Source: the human T2T-CHM13v2.0 reference genome, Homo sapiens
DNA: 64,000 nucleotides
Assembly: GCF_009914755.1 (NCBI RefSeq)
Contig: NC_060947.1
Strand: one strand, 5' to 3'
Both the position numbers and the translations under genes were made by a program. The notes beneath the pieces are model-generated. The model saw only the letters and a list, made by a program, of their open reading frames with translations. It had not been told where the DNA came from and made no database searches. Positions within the stretch are counted from its first letter, which is position 1; each line of letters starts with the position of its first letter. Below are positions 45,630 to 59,172 of the stretch, one piece after another.

Positions 45630-46402
45630 TTATAAGCAAAATGAAAATCAAAACCACAAGGATATACTATCTCACACCAGTCAGAATGGCTATTACTAAA
45701 AAGTCAAAAAATAACAGATGCTGGTGAGGTTGTAGAAAAAAGTAAACACTTCTACAATGTTGGCAGGAGTGTAAGTTTGTTCAATTGTGGAAAGCAGTGT
45801 GGAAATTCCTTAAAGAACTAAAAACAGGAGTACCATTCGACCCAGCAATCTCATTTCTGGGTATATACCACCCAAAATATAAATCATTGTATCATAAAGA
45901 CACAAGTATGTGTATGTTCACTGCAGCAATATTTACAATAGCAAAGACATGGAATCAACCTAAATGCCCATCAATGGTAGACTGGATAAAGAAAATGTGG
46001 TACATATACACCATGGAATAGTATGCTGCCATAAAAATAATGAGATCATGTCCTTTGCAATTAATGATAATTGGGGCTGAATGCCATCATCCTTAGTAAA
46101 CTAATGCAGGAACAGAAAACTGAATACCACATGTTCTCACGTATGAGTGGGAGCTAAATGATGAACATACATGGACACAAAGGGAAAAAAAACAGACACA
46201 GGTGCCTCCTTGAGGGTGGAGGTTGGAAGGAGGGAGAGGATCAGAAAAATATAACTATTGGGTACTAGGCTTAGTACCTGGGTGACAAAATAATCTGTAC
46301 AACAAACTCCTGTTTCTTCTTTTATAGGCAAACGTGAGTTTGCCTATATAAGAAACCTGCACATGTACCTCTGAACCTAAAATAAAAGTTTAAGAAAAAA
46401 AA

Positions 46403-47160
46403 TACAAATTAATGAGATATCATCTCACATCCATTGCAATGGCTATTATTAAAAAGTCAAAAAATAATAGATGGTGGTGAGGCTGTGGAGCAAAAGGAAC
46501 TCTTATACACTGTTGGTGAGAATGTAATTTAGTTCAGCCACTGTGGAAAGCAATTTGGAGATTTCTCAAAGGACTTAAAACAGAATTACCAATTCAACAT
46601 AGCAATCCCATTGGTGGGTATACACCCAAAGGAAAATAAATCATTCCACCAAAAGACATATGCACTTGTATATTTATAGCAATAGTATTCACAATAGCAA
46701 AGACACAGAATTAGCTTAAATGCCCATTAATGGTGGATTAGGTAAACAAAATGTGGTACATATATACCATGGAAAATATGTACCATAAAAAGTAATGAAA
46801 TCATGTCCTCTGCAGCAACATGGACGCAGCTGGAGGTCATTATCCAAAGTGAACTGACACAAGAACAGAAAACCAAATACTCCATCTTCACATTTATCAG
46901 TAGGAGCTAAAGATTTGGGAGACATGGACACAAATGGAACAATAAACACTGGGGACTCCATAAGGGGGGAGCAGGGAGGAGTGGAAGAATTGAAAAACTA
47001 CCTATTGGGTACTATGCTTACTACATGGGTGATAAGATCAATCATAACCCCAAACCTCAGTATCATGCAATATACCAGTGTAACAAACCTACATATGTAC
47101 CCCTGAATCTAAAATAGAAGTTGAAATTTACAAAATAATTTAAATAAGTAAATAAAAATA
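46403..47160 (+). mobile_element. L1PB4-like 3' end
   Basis: ggggactcc...ttgaaaaactacctattgggtac...aaacctcagtatcatgcaatat...ctgaatctaaaat. Confidence 0.78.
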
Positions 47161-47859
47161 TTGGTGTTTCAAAAATCAAAAATAAAGTAAAATGCAAGTT
47201 TAAATGGATTTCAACACAAAGTGTAAACACATGTTTACAATAAATTTGATCTTATGAAAATATTTTCTAACACCACATGTTAAAATTTTTGTTGTTGAAA
47301 CTTTCTGAGATAAAATTAAAATAAACTGTTATTGATTGAAAAAATACAGTAGAGAATATCTCATGTAAAATAATTTTAAATAAGATTACCTATAAGTATA
47401 TTTAACGAGAAATATGCAAAAAGTGTGAGGAAAAATTTAAAACACAACTGGAATCCTAATAAAAATGCCAAGAATTTGCAATATCATTAAAATTGATATT
47501 TAAGTTCATATATGAAAACAAGCAAGAAAGAATACAAAAAACTGAGACAAAAAAATAATTTTTTTCCCAGTGCTAAAGTTGCTTTTATTAACCCATTAAG
47601 CAGATAGAACAAAACTTTCATTAATTGAAACCCAACCAAATTGAACCCATTTTTTTTTGTGCTGCATTCTACTTTCAATGAAAAAAAAAAAAAAGACTCA
47701 AAGGCAAGAAAACAAGATGCTGTCAGGAACTTATCCTAAAATCAACTTTTAATGTGGTAGGTATTTAGGGTCCATTAGATATGTAAACATAAAATAATTT
47801 ATACCTAGGTGAGTTGAAGAAAAAATAAAATAATAAAATAAACTGAGACAATATGACTA

Positions 47860-49030
47860 GGGAATATCATCATCAACAATAAAACATACATGGAAGCCTC
47901 TATAATTAAAAGAGTGACATACTGGTAGATGGAAGCGCAAATAGATAAGTATAACAGAATAGAAAGTCCAAAAACAGGTCTAAGTAGATGTGAATATTTA
48001 GTAGATAATAACAGTCACATATCAAATCACTAAAGAAAATCAAATCACTAGAAAAAAATGGATTTTTATTGTTTCACTGGGACAACTGCATAGAAACTTG
48101 GAAAAAGAAAAAATAGTTCTATATCTTATAATATAAACAACACTTTATGCCAAATGATTTAGAGGTCTAACTGAAAAAAAAATGACAACATACTAAAAGA
48201 AAACATAGGTCATATCCTCTTTAAGTTTCATGTACACAAAGACATTCTAAATATGAATGAAAATTTGGAGGTCATAGCAGAAAATATTGATAAAATTGAG
48301 TAAATAAAAGAGAAACTGTTTGTATGAAAACGAAGATAAGTCAAAGGAAAACTGATAATGGGGAAAACATATTTGTAACATATCCCAAAGACAAAGGGCT
48401 AATATACATTTTATATATACATATATGTGTATATATATGTGTGACTATACATACATATGTATATATATGTGTGTGACTATACATATATACACACACACAT
48501 ATACTTACATATGTACATACACACACACACAAACACACAATTGAGGGGCAAAGTACCAAATACTTGAGACAAAAATAGGGGAAAGTTTATAGATAATTCA
48601 CATAAATATGTAAAAATTGACCTACAACATACAAAAAATATTCAAACTTTCTTCATTCCTCACCTATCAAGCTGGAAAAATTTTAAAATACAAAAAGACA
48701 TTCTGTTGGTGAGGCCAGGGGGAAAAAGCCTCTCTTACCCTTTGCTAGCAGGAATGCAAATTGTCAAAATTTTTCTAGAGATAAATTTAACAATAATACC
48801 TAATGAAGCTACATATACCCTTACATTTTAAACTAAAAATTTCATTTTAGAAATCTATCCAGAAATTAAATTTCCAACAATGTAAAAATGCAAATGATCA
48901 AGGTTATTCATTGTGGAATAGTTTCAATTGCAAAGCATTAGAAACAACCTAAATGCACACATAGGAAAGTGATTAGACATAGATTATACATACATACAGT
49001 GGAGTACTATGTGGTCATAAAAGAGAATGG
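47860..49030 (+). mobile_element. Ancient L1M ORF2 3' region with embedded (TA)/(CA) microsatellite (~48411-48538)
   Basis: Degenerate ORF2 homology (gacaaagggctaatat; gaaacaacctaaatg; ggagtactatg). Confidence 0.55.
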
Positions 49031-49034
49031 GTAA

Positions 49035-49955
49035 TTTCCAGCTTCTGTTTGGCATGTAAGGAGCTTGGAGGTTGTCACTTCACCTTAACAACAAGTTACA
49101 GGCTGATCAAACTGAAAAGCAAGCAACTCTTTTTAACTGTCAGAAAAGTGAAATCAAAGGGAAAATTACTGTCCCCCAAATCAGAGAGACAGACAGATGA
49201 ATACAGAGAATCATAATTTACTGGAGCAAAAACCTCAAAGCAGAACCTCAACATGTACCAGTACCAGGGTAGAAAAACCTGAACTGTAATTGAGAAATTA
49301 CTGGAGGCTTCGAGTGGACAAGTCTGGGAGTAAAAAACTCTGGAGATATGTCTAATAATGGGGAAACACAGACGAGTTTTACCTGACAGATTCTCACAGT
49401 GAATATTGGGAAAAAATCATCCCATGCTTCTGAAAAGGAGAGGAAAAAGGAAACCATTTTTAAATATGCCAGAGCATTTTATTTTTCTTAATAAGGCCTG
49501 CCCTAAAGAGAAACTATCTTACCAGAGCCTAAACTTTTAGCATTTTATCAGAGTCTAACTGACCTGGGAGAAGAAAATACCCAAATCTAGCCCCTTGGAG
49601 GCTTCCACATAAGGAAAGAAAAAAAATCAAACTCAGTATTACTCTAGCCATCCTATCTCAGGGGAGAAAGGATTGAGAAGCATTGGTGAGGTTCACATTT
49701 TAGAAGCACAGGCTAAGACCTAATTTATAGAACCATGGACCACTTCCCTTCCCCCCACGCTTTACCATCAAATCACTGAAAAAACACTTACCAGGGTTCT
49801 TTTTATCCAGTACCTTCTGTCTAGCTGTTAAAAAAAGTTACATGGTATAATAAAGGTCAAAATACATAATTTAAAGAGACAGAGCAAGCATCAAAACCAC
49901 ACTCAGATATGGAAGTGATGTCGGAATTGTATGATCAGAAATTTAAAACAATTAT
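49035..49955 (+). mobile_element. Ancient L1M 5'-region / ORF1-start remnant
   Basis: ttccagcttctg...gtaaggagcttggaggttgtcac; gagacagagcaagcatcaaaaccacactcagatatg...gaaatttaaaacaatta. Confidence 0.45.
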
Positions 49956-49961
49956 TATTAA

Positions 49962-50872
49962 TAATCTATACACCAACAATCTCCAAGCTGAGAGCCAAAT
50001 CAAGAAAACAATCCCATTCACAACAGCTACAAAAGAATAAAATGGCTAGGAATACAGCTAACCAGGGAGGTTAAAGATCTCTACAAGGAGAACTACAAAA
50101 TACTGCTGAAGCAAATCAGAGATGACACAAAGAAATGGTAAAACATTCCATGCTTGGGATATGAAATGGTAAAACATTCCACGTTTGACACCCGTCAGAA
50201 AGGCTATTAAAAAAAAACACAGATGCTTGTGAGGTTGCAGAGAAATGAGGATGCTTATACACTGCTGGTGGGAATGTAAATTAGTTCAGTTATTGTAGAA
50301 AGCAGTCTAGAGATTTATCAAATACCTTAAAATGGAACTATCATTTGGCCCAGCAATCCCATTATTGGGCATATACACAAAGGAATATAAACTGTTCTAC
50401 CATAAAGACACATGAATGTGTATGTTCCTCATAGCACTATTCACAACCACAAAGACATGAATTCAACCTAGATGCCTAACAATGTTGACAGGATAAAAAA
50501 AATGTGGTACGTATACACCATGGCATACCACACAGCCATAAAAAAGAACAAGAGCATGCCCTTCGCAGCAACATGAATGGAACTGGAGCTCATTATCCTA
50601 AGCAAACTAATGCAGGAGCAAAAAATCAAATAGCACATGTTCTCAATTATAAGTGGGAGCTAAACATTGAGTACATACGAATACAAAGAAGAGAACAAGA
50701 GACACCAGCACCTACTTGAGAGTGGAGGGTGGGAGAAGGCTGTGGATTAAAAACTGCCTATCAGGTACTATGCTTATTACTTGGGTAATGAAACAATGTG
50801 TACTCTCAACCTCCATGATGTGCAATTTACCTATATAACAATCCTGCACATGTATCCCTGTACCTAAAATAC
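49962..50872 (+). mobile_element. L1PA15/16-like 3' fragment with internal deletion
   Basis: ORF2 piece followed by a jump to the 3' end; a ~19-bp direct repeat gaaatggtaaaacattcca sits at the jump. Confidence 0.72.
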
Positions 50873-51852
50873 AATTTTTTTAGAAAAGCCTTTGAGAAAT
50901 ATGGGATTATGCAGGGTGATCTAACCTTCAATTCATTAGCATTCCTGAGAGAGAAGAGGAGAAAGTAAACAACTTGGAAAACATATTTGAGAATATAACC
51001 CAGGAAAATTTCCCCAGTCTTACTAGAGAGGTCCACATGCAGATAAAAGAAACACAGAGAACTCCTGCGAGATACTATACAAGATGACTATCCCTAAGGC
51101 ACATAGTCATCAGTTTCCAAGGTCAGCACAAAATAAAAAATCTTAAAGGCAGCTAAAGAGTCATATTACCTGTAAAGGGAATCCCAACAGACTAACAGTG
51201 GACTTCTCAGCAGAAACCATATAAGCCAGAAGAGATTAGGGGCCTATTTTCAACATTCTTGAAGAAAAGAAATTCCAGCCAAGAATTTCATATCCTGCTA
51301 AACTAAGCTTCATAAACAAAGGAGAAATAAAATCTTTGCCAGATGAGCAATCACTAAGAGAATTCATCACAACAAGACTGGCCCTACAAGAGATGCTTAA
51401 GGGAATTCTAAACATGGTAACGAAAGAATAATACTTGTTACCACAAAAGCACACATAAGAACATAGCCCACAGACCCCATAAAGCAACTACACAATCAAG
51501 ACCACAAAGCAACTAGCTAAGAATACCACAACAAGAAAAAAACCTTACATATCAATATGAAGCTTGAGTGTAAATGACCTAAATCCTCCACTTAAAAGTC
51601 ATAAAGTGGCAAATTAGATAAGAAAACAAGACTCAAACTTCTGCTGTGTTCAAGAGACATATGTCACATGTAATGACACCTAGAGGCACAGTTTAAAGGG
51701 ATAGAGAAAGATCTATCATGCAAATAGAAATTAAAAAAACAGCAGGGGTTATTATTTTTGTATCACATAAAACAGACTTTAAATCAACAACAGTAAAAAA
51801 GGACAAAGAACAGCATTACATAATGATAAAGTGTGTGATTCAAGATTTAACT

Positions 51853-52364
51853 TCCTGAGACCAGCTCAGCTGGGGAGACCCTAACCCAGCAGCGCTAGAG
51901 GAATTAAAGACACACACACAGAAATATAGAAGTTGGAGTGGGAAATCAGGGGTCTCACAGCCTTCAGAGCTGAGAGCCTCAAACAGAGATTTACCCATGT
52001 ATTTATTAACAGTAAGCCAGTGATAAGCATTGTTTCTATAGATTATAGATTAACTAAAAGTATTTCTTATGGGAAACAATGGGATGAGCCAAAATAAAGG
52101 GATGGGTCTGGCTAGTTACCTGCAGCAGGAGCATGTCCTTAAAGCACAGATCGCTCATGCTATTGTTTGTGGTTTAAGAACACCTTTAAGCGGTTTTCCA
52201 CCCTGGGTGGGCCAGGTGTTTCTCACCCTCATTCCGGTAAACCCACAACCTTCCAGCGTGGGCATCACGGCCATCATGAACATGTCACAGTGCTGCAGAG
52301 ATTTTGTTTATGGCCAGTTTTGGGGCCAGTTTATGGCCAGATTTTGGGGGGCCTGTTCCCAACA
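51853..52364 (-). mobile_element. MER9 solo LTR (HERV-K HML-3)
   Basis: The minus strand starts TGTTGGGAACAGGCCCCCCAAAATCTGGCCATAAAC. TSD TAACT at 51848-51852 and 52365-52369. Confidence 0.88.
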
Positions 52365-53151
52365 TAACTATCCTAAATATATACGCGCCCAACATTGGAG
52401 CACCCAGATTTATAAAACAATCACTACTAATATTAGGAAAAGACTTAGACAGCCACACAGTAACTATGGGGGACTTCCATACCCCACTGAAAGCATTACA
52501 GAGATCATCAAGACAGAAAACTAACAAATTCTGGACTTAAATTTGACACTTGACCAGTTGGGCCTAATATACATTTACAGAATATTCCACCCAACAACCA
52601 GAGAATATACATTCTTCTCATTTCCACATGTAACATACTCTAAGATTGACCACATATGCAGTCAAAAGGCAAGTCTCAGCAAATTTAAAAATATCAAAAT
52701 CATAGCAAGCATCTTCTCAGATCACAGTGGAATAAAAATATAAATCAATACTGACGGGAACTGTCAAAACCATACAGATACATGAAAACTAAATAACTTG
52801 CTCCTGAATGACTGTAGGATAAATAACAAAATTAAGGCAGAAATCAAAAAATATCTTTGAAACAAATGATAATAGAGACACAACACACCAAAACCCCAAG
52901 GATGTGGCAAAAGTATAGTGCTTACTGTCTACATCAAGAAGATAGAAAGATCTCAAATTAACAACCTAATGTAACACCTAAAGGGACGAGAAACTCAGAA
53001 AAGCACTAAACTCAAAGCTAGCAGGAGAAAAGAAATAACTAAAATCAGAGCAGAACTAAATAAAATGGATAGCAAAATAAATAAATAAATCAACAAAATA
53101 AAAATTTTGTTCTTTGAAAGGATAGAAAAGATTAATAGGCTGCTAGCTAGA

Positions 53152-56100
53152 TTTCTTTTTAATTGTTTCATTTGGGAAAAGCACTTCTTACAAAAGGGAA
53201 GCTCCAAAATACAGAGACCTCTGCAACAATTATTTGTTTTTCGTAAAGTGAAAGAATGGGTGGGATCCAAGGAATCAAAGCAGTAGATGGACAAACCAGG
53301 AGCATCCCTGAATCATTTTCAGGAAACAGAGTGACAAAACATAGAAGTAAAATTTCCAATCAACGAATTACTCCAACAACTTAACCTTAGCTGGTCTTAC
53401 GGATTCCCTTCAATGGAAAAGTATGACTTATTACTGCAAACCCATTACTCCACTACAATAAACACCTTAGAACAGAGTTTAGAATCACATCTGTCTACCT
53501 GAAAGTTCAGGGGTGGAATAAGGCAAATACCCACAAAAGCAAACACAAAAATACGACAACAAAATGCCCCAAATGAGGACAAAGGTTTTTCAGAAAATGC
53601 CTGTACTGGAAAGGCTAGATCGTAAAACATTAAATACAACTGTGTATCCAAGACCCAGTTTTTGTTAATATATAGGATAAACAGGTAGTTTTAACCTTTA
53701 TGGCTAACCCTATTTATCTATATGTAGACAGAGCTAGCACTGCTATACTGACAACTACCAATATACTGCTTTGTCCTTTAAGATCTATCTGCCACACAAG
53801 GCTTAAACCACTAAACCAAGTTTTTCTACTAAGGCTAAGAATACTGCATCTATGCAGGGATGAGAAGCTTATCACACACCCACACTCACACACACCATGT
53901 CAGCCCTTGGGAGTCAACTTCCAACTTTCCATTGACATTACGCCTCTATACCTTATATATGTATTCTTTCTCAATTTTCCTATCATGCAAAACAGTAGAA
54001 ATCTCAACACATTCACACCTGGTTCTGGTTACCCAGTAGTATTACTTGTGTGCAATTAAACAAGAGACCAAAACCACAGAACAAGTGCATGTGGTAGGGA
54101 TTACAGGGTAGGGAACAGATACAAAAACACAGATGTGCAGATTTCACCAGAAACCTCAAGGATCTATGTCCCATGTCTGGAGCAAAAGGCTATTGGCCAC
54201 TTAGGTCCCTTCACCCATCCCTCCTATTCTTGGATCCCAAAGTAGGGCCACTGCTTTTACTTTTGAACCTGGGGTCCTCAAAATGAGTGTGTGAAAAGTC
54301 CGTAAACACAATCTGGTTGAAAACATATGATGCAACACATCTACACTGTCTGACAGCTAAATTTGTGTTACAAAAAACTAAGAATTATTTTTGTAACTTT
54401 TTTCAACAGGGAAAACAACACACTCCTCGGGGAAAGGTGAGGGGTTGAGAAGACAGACAGGCCCTGGGTAGAAATTCTTACGACAGCACCTGCAGTTGAC
54501 AGGCTTGCCTCAGAGAGAAGACAGGCACTGCCACACCACCACAGGGGACAGCTGCTGTCTGGGGTTAGCAGACCAGATCACATGCCACACAAGGTTGCTA
54601 TAGATCCAAGTTATAAAAAATCTTCCAGCTCATCATGAAACAATTCCCACTGATCTTCAGTCTGTCAGTTTGCCGTCCCCACCTGAAGCCAAAAGCATAA
54701 GCAACATCTTACCCAGCTCCAAGATGACAACCTCTTCTTTGCTGTCAAAGGGGTTGCTGTTCTCTCTTTCTTCAATTAGTTCCCAGAAGTGGTTCCTTTG
54801 TTGGGCCCCATATCTGCTTAATGTTCCCACTTTCTGTCTCCGTGGCTCCTCTCTCCTCCTCTTTACGCATGCTTGTAAAAGCAGTTCCCTCCAAATGGGC
54901 AGCTCCCATGTCCTTCATCAAAATACGTGCACGCCTTGTTGCTCATTGTCTCTTTGTATTTCTGAACGAGTTTCTGCTTCTCTTCTTTCTCCTCAACCCA
55001 GTACTCACTTGGAATGACTAAGTTAGATGTGATCTGGCATTCTGGGCAGGACTTTATGATCTTGCTCTCAAATTGCTTAGCCCTCCTCCACGTGCAAATG
55101 CACTTGAGACAGTAGGTGTGGTTGCAGATGAAGAAGACCACAAAGCAGCGCTAGCTGGGGTTGGCTTTCTCATAGACCACCTCCATGCAGATCCCACACA
55201 CCATGTCCTTGCCGCGCTGCACAGCAAATGAGAGCTCTATGTCCTTCTCATGGGACTCAATGCACGATTTTATACGCTGTGATCTCTGGGCAGTATCCAT
55301 CGGATGCAGGACCTGTGGCCCATACATGTCACATGAATCTCCGTGGAGATACACACAGTTCTCCCCATATCAGCACTCTCCCACTGCAGCAAAGGGGCAC
55401 AGCTGCTTCTTTGTTTCCATGGCAATTTGCTTTTTCTCTGATTCTTCCTTGGTCACTGGGCCCTGCAAGGGTGCTTCAGTGAAGGAAGGTACCGTAGGAC
55501 CACAGTAGGGCTGCCCAGGAACAAACTCAATAGCATTCACCCAGTCCCCTGAACCTGCTCCTACAGTTGCAAAGTTTGAATTTCTTGACTCAGCTTCGCT
55601 TGTATTCATTTCAACTATCGATGAGAGACTTGAGGAAGCAGCAATGGATGACTTTGTAGTTAGCTCTGCAGCAGTTCCTTCTTCCTGGTTCAATGGCTTG
55701 CTATGTTCATATTTGCAGCGGTCACCATAAACACAGTACCCTTGCTGAAAATACTTGCACACTACACCATACGGACTGTCAGAGAGGTCATGCGAGAATC
55801 CACAGTTACCTCTGTCCTTACAAACCCCATGCATAAAATACCTGCAGGTGACCTGTTTAGTCCAGCTGCGCCGCCACTGCCGTGGCTGCCCAGCCGTCAC
55901 TGCCGTCGCTGCTGCTGCTGCCGTCGCTGCCACCGCCCCCTCCGTCTGCCCCAGGGGATGGGGTGGTGACTGTGGGGACCAGGTTTGGGGAGGCCGCTGC
56001 TGCTGCCGCCGCAACTGCCGCTCCTACTCCTAATGTTGTGGCTGTTGTTCCGGGAGCTGCAGCCTCGCCATTGCTGGTTATCCCACACAGCAAAGCCCCG

Positions 56101-56211
56101 GAACTTCCGGGATTATATAGTTCCTGTCTGGCTGCTGGGAGAAGACCACGAGGCCAGGCGAGGGGAGGGGAAGGAGACTGAGGCACCCGCTCGGTCCCTG
56201 CCACCTCCGAC
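53152..56211 (-). pseudogene. MKRN1 (makorin RING finger 1) processed pseudogene; CDS remnant 56071-54598
   Basis: Intronless, with C3H fingers ([16 protein letters not shown]), RING ([15 protein letters not shown]...[10 protein letters not shown]...SCPEC) and terminal DL*. A frameshift follows the ATG directly and internal stops are present. T-tail at 53152; TSD ctagctaga (53143-53151 / 56212-56220). Probably the annotated MKRN5P (recall). Confidence 0.93.
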
Positions 56212-56220
56212 CTAGCTAGA

Positions 56221-56564
56221 AGTTTTTGTTGTTGATGTTGTTTTGTTTTTTGGGGTTTTTTGTTTTTTGTTTGTTTGTTTTTGGTGCAGAGTCTCGCACT
56301 GTCGCCCAGTCTGGAGTACAGTGGTGCGATCTCGGCTCACTGCAACCTCCGCCTACAGAGTTCAAGCAATTCTTCCTGCCTCAGCCTCCCGAGTAGCTGG
56401 GATTACAAGCGCCTGCCACCACACCCAGCTAATTTTTGTATTTTTTAGTAGAGACGGGTTTCGCCATGTTGGCCAGGCTGGTCTCGAACTCCTGACCTCG
56501 GGTGATCCACCAGCCTCTGCCTCCCAAAGTGCTGGGATTAAGGCGTGAGCCACTGTGCCTGGCC
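56221..56564 (-). mobile_element. AluS (Sx-like) with long T/G-rich tail
   Basis: Reverse-oriented dimer; degenerate TSD cctagctaga/cctagttaga. Confidence 0.9.
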
Positions 56565-56575
56565 CACCCTAGTTA

Positions 56576-57010
<435 letters not shown>

Positions 57011-59172
57011 CTAGAAAATCTAAGGGAAATGCCAAAATTCCTAGAAAGACAAAACCTCCCAAGATTGAAGCAGGAAGAAATAGAATTCCTGAACAGACTA
57101 ACAGTTACTTACAAAATTGAATCAGTAATAAAAAACCTACCATCAAAAAAAAAAAAAAAAAAAATCTCTGGACCAGATGCTTTCACAGCTGAATTCTACC
57201 ACATACAAAGAAGAGCTGGTACTAATCCTACTGAAACTGTTTTAAAAATTTGAGCAGGGATTCCTTCCTAACTCATTCTGTGAAACCAATATCATTCTGA
57301 TACGAAAATCTGACAAAGACATACACAAAAAGAAAATGATAGAACAATATCCCTGATGAAAAATCAAGAAGAAAGGGAAGCAGAAAGAAAGAAAAGGCAT
57401 CCAAATAGGAAGAGATGAAGACAAATAATCTCTCTTCTCTGATGATATGTATCTATACCTAGAAAACCTTAAAGATTCCTCCAAGCCTCCTAGACTTGAC
57501 AAACAATTAAGTTTCAGGATACAAAATAAATGTACAAATGTTAATAGCGTTTCTATACAACAATAACATTCAAGCTGAAAACCAAATCAAAAATGCTAAA
57601 AGCCTCAGAAAATACTTACAAACTGAATTGAGCAGCACATCAAAGAGATAACCTGCCATAATCAAGTAGGATTTATTCCTGAGATGAAAAGATGGTTCAA
57701 CATATGCAGATCAGTAAATATGATTCACCACAAAGAAAATTCAAAACAAAAACTAAATTATCATCTCAATAGATATAGGAAAAGCATTCAATGAAATCCA
57801 ATTTTCTTTCATTTAAAAAAACAAAAAACAAAAAACTCTCAACAAGCTAGGCATCAAAGGAACATACCTCAAAACAATAAGAGCCATCTATGAAAAAGCC
57901 AAAGCCTACATCATACTGGATGGACAAAAGCTGGAATCATTCCCCTCAAGAGGTGAAATAATACAAGAATGTCTCACCACTCCTTTTCAACATAGTGCTG
58001 AAAGTCCTAGCCAGAGAAATCAGGCAAGAGAAAGACATAAAAGGCATCCAAAGAGGGAGTCAAATTTTCTCTCTTCACTGATGACATAATTTTATACCTA
58101 GAAAACCTTAAAGGTTTCTCCAAAGGACTCATATACCTGACAAACGACTTTAGCCAAGTTTAAGTATATAAAATCAATGTACAAAAATTAGTAGCATTCC
58201 TACACACAATGACATTCAAGCTGAAAACCAAATAAAAATGCAATCCCATTTAAAACGACCACAAAAATATCTAAACATATATCTAACTGATAAGATGAAA
58301 AATCTCTAAGGAGAACTACCAAATACTGCTGAATGAAATCAGAGATGATACAAATGGAAAAATATTCCATGCTCATGAATCGGAAGAATCAATATCATTA
58401 AAATGTCCATACTGACCAAAGCAATCTAGAGAGTCAATGCAAATCCTATCAAGCTACCAAGTCTTTTTTCACAGAATCAGAAAAAAAGACTATTCTAAAA
58501 CTCATACGAATTTAAAAAGAACCCAAATAACCAAAGCAGTCCTAAGCAGAAAGAACAAAGCTGGAGGCATCACATTACCTGACTTCAAACTATACTACAA
58601 GGCTACAGTAAGCAAAATATCATGGGACTGGTACAAAAATAGATGCATGGACCAATGGAATGAATAGAGAATGCAGAAATAAGGCCACACACCTACAACC
58701 AAATGATGTTTGACAAAGCTGACAAAAACAAGCAATGGGGAAAGGACATCCTGTTTAATAAATGGTGCTGGGAAACATAACTAGTCATATGCAGAAGAAT
58801 GAAAGTTGATTCCTACTTCTCACCATATACAAAAATTAACTCAACATGGATTAAAGACTTGAATGTAAGACCTCAAACTAAGACAGTCCTAGAATAAAAC
58901 TTAGGAAATACTCTTCTAGATATTGACGTAGGCAAAGAATTTATTACTAAGTCCTCAAAAGCAAATGTAACACAAACGAAAACTGACAAGACCAAATTAA
59001 ACTAGAGAGCTTCTGCAAAGCAAGAGAAACTCTCAACAGAGTAAACAAACACCCTACTAAATGGGAAGAAAATGTTTGAAAACTTTGTAATTGACAAAGG
59101 ACTGAAACCCAGAACGTATAAGAAACAGAAACAAGTCAACAAGCAAAAACAACCCCATTAAAAAGTAGGCAA

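Noticed and set aside
55370-56014. 214-aa makorin ORF as a live gene
   Set aside because: The true ATG is frameshifted, the ORF stops before the RING, and further stops follow
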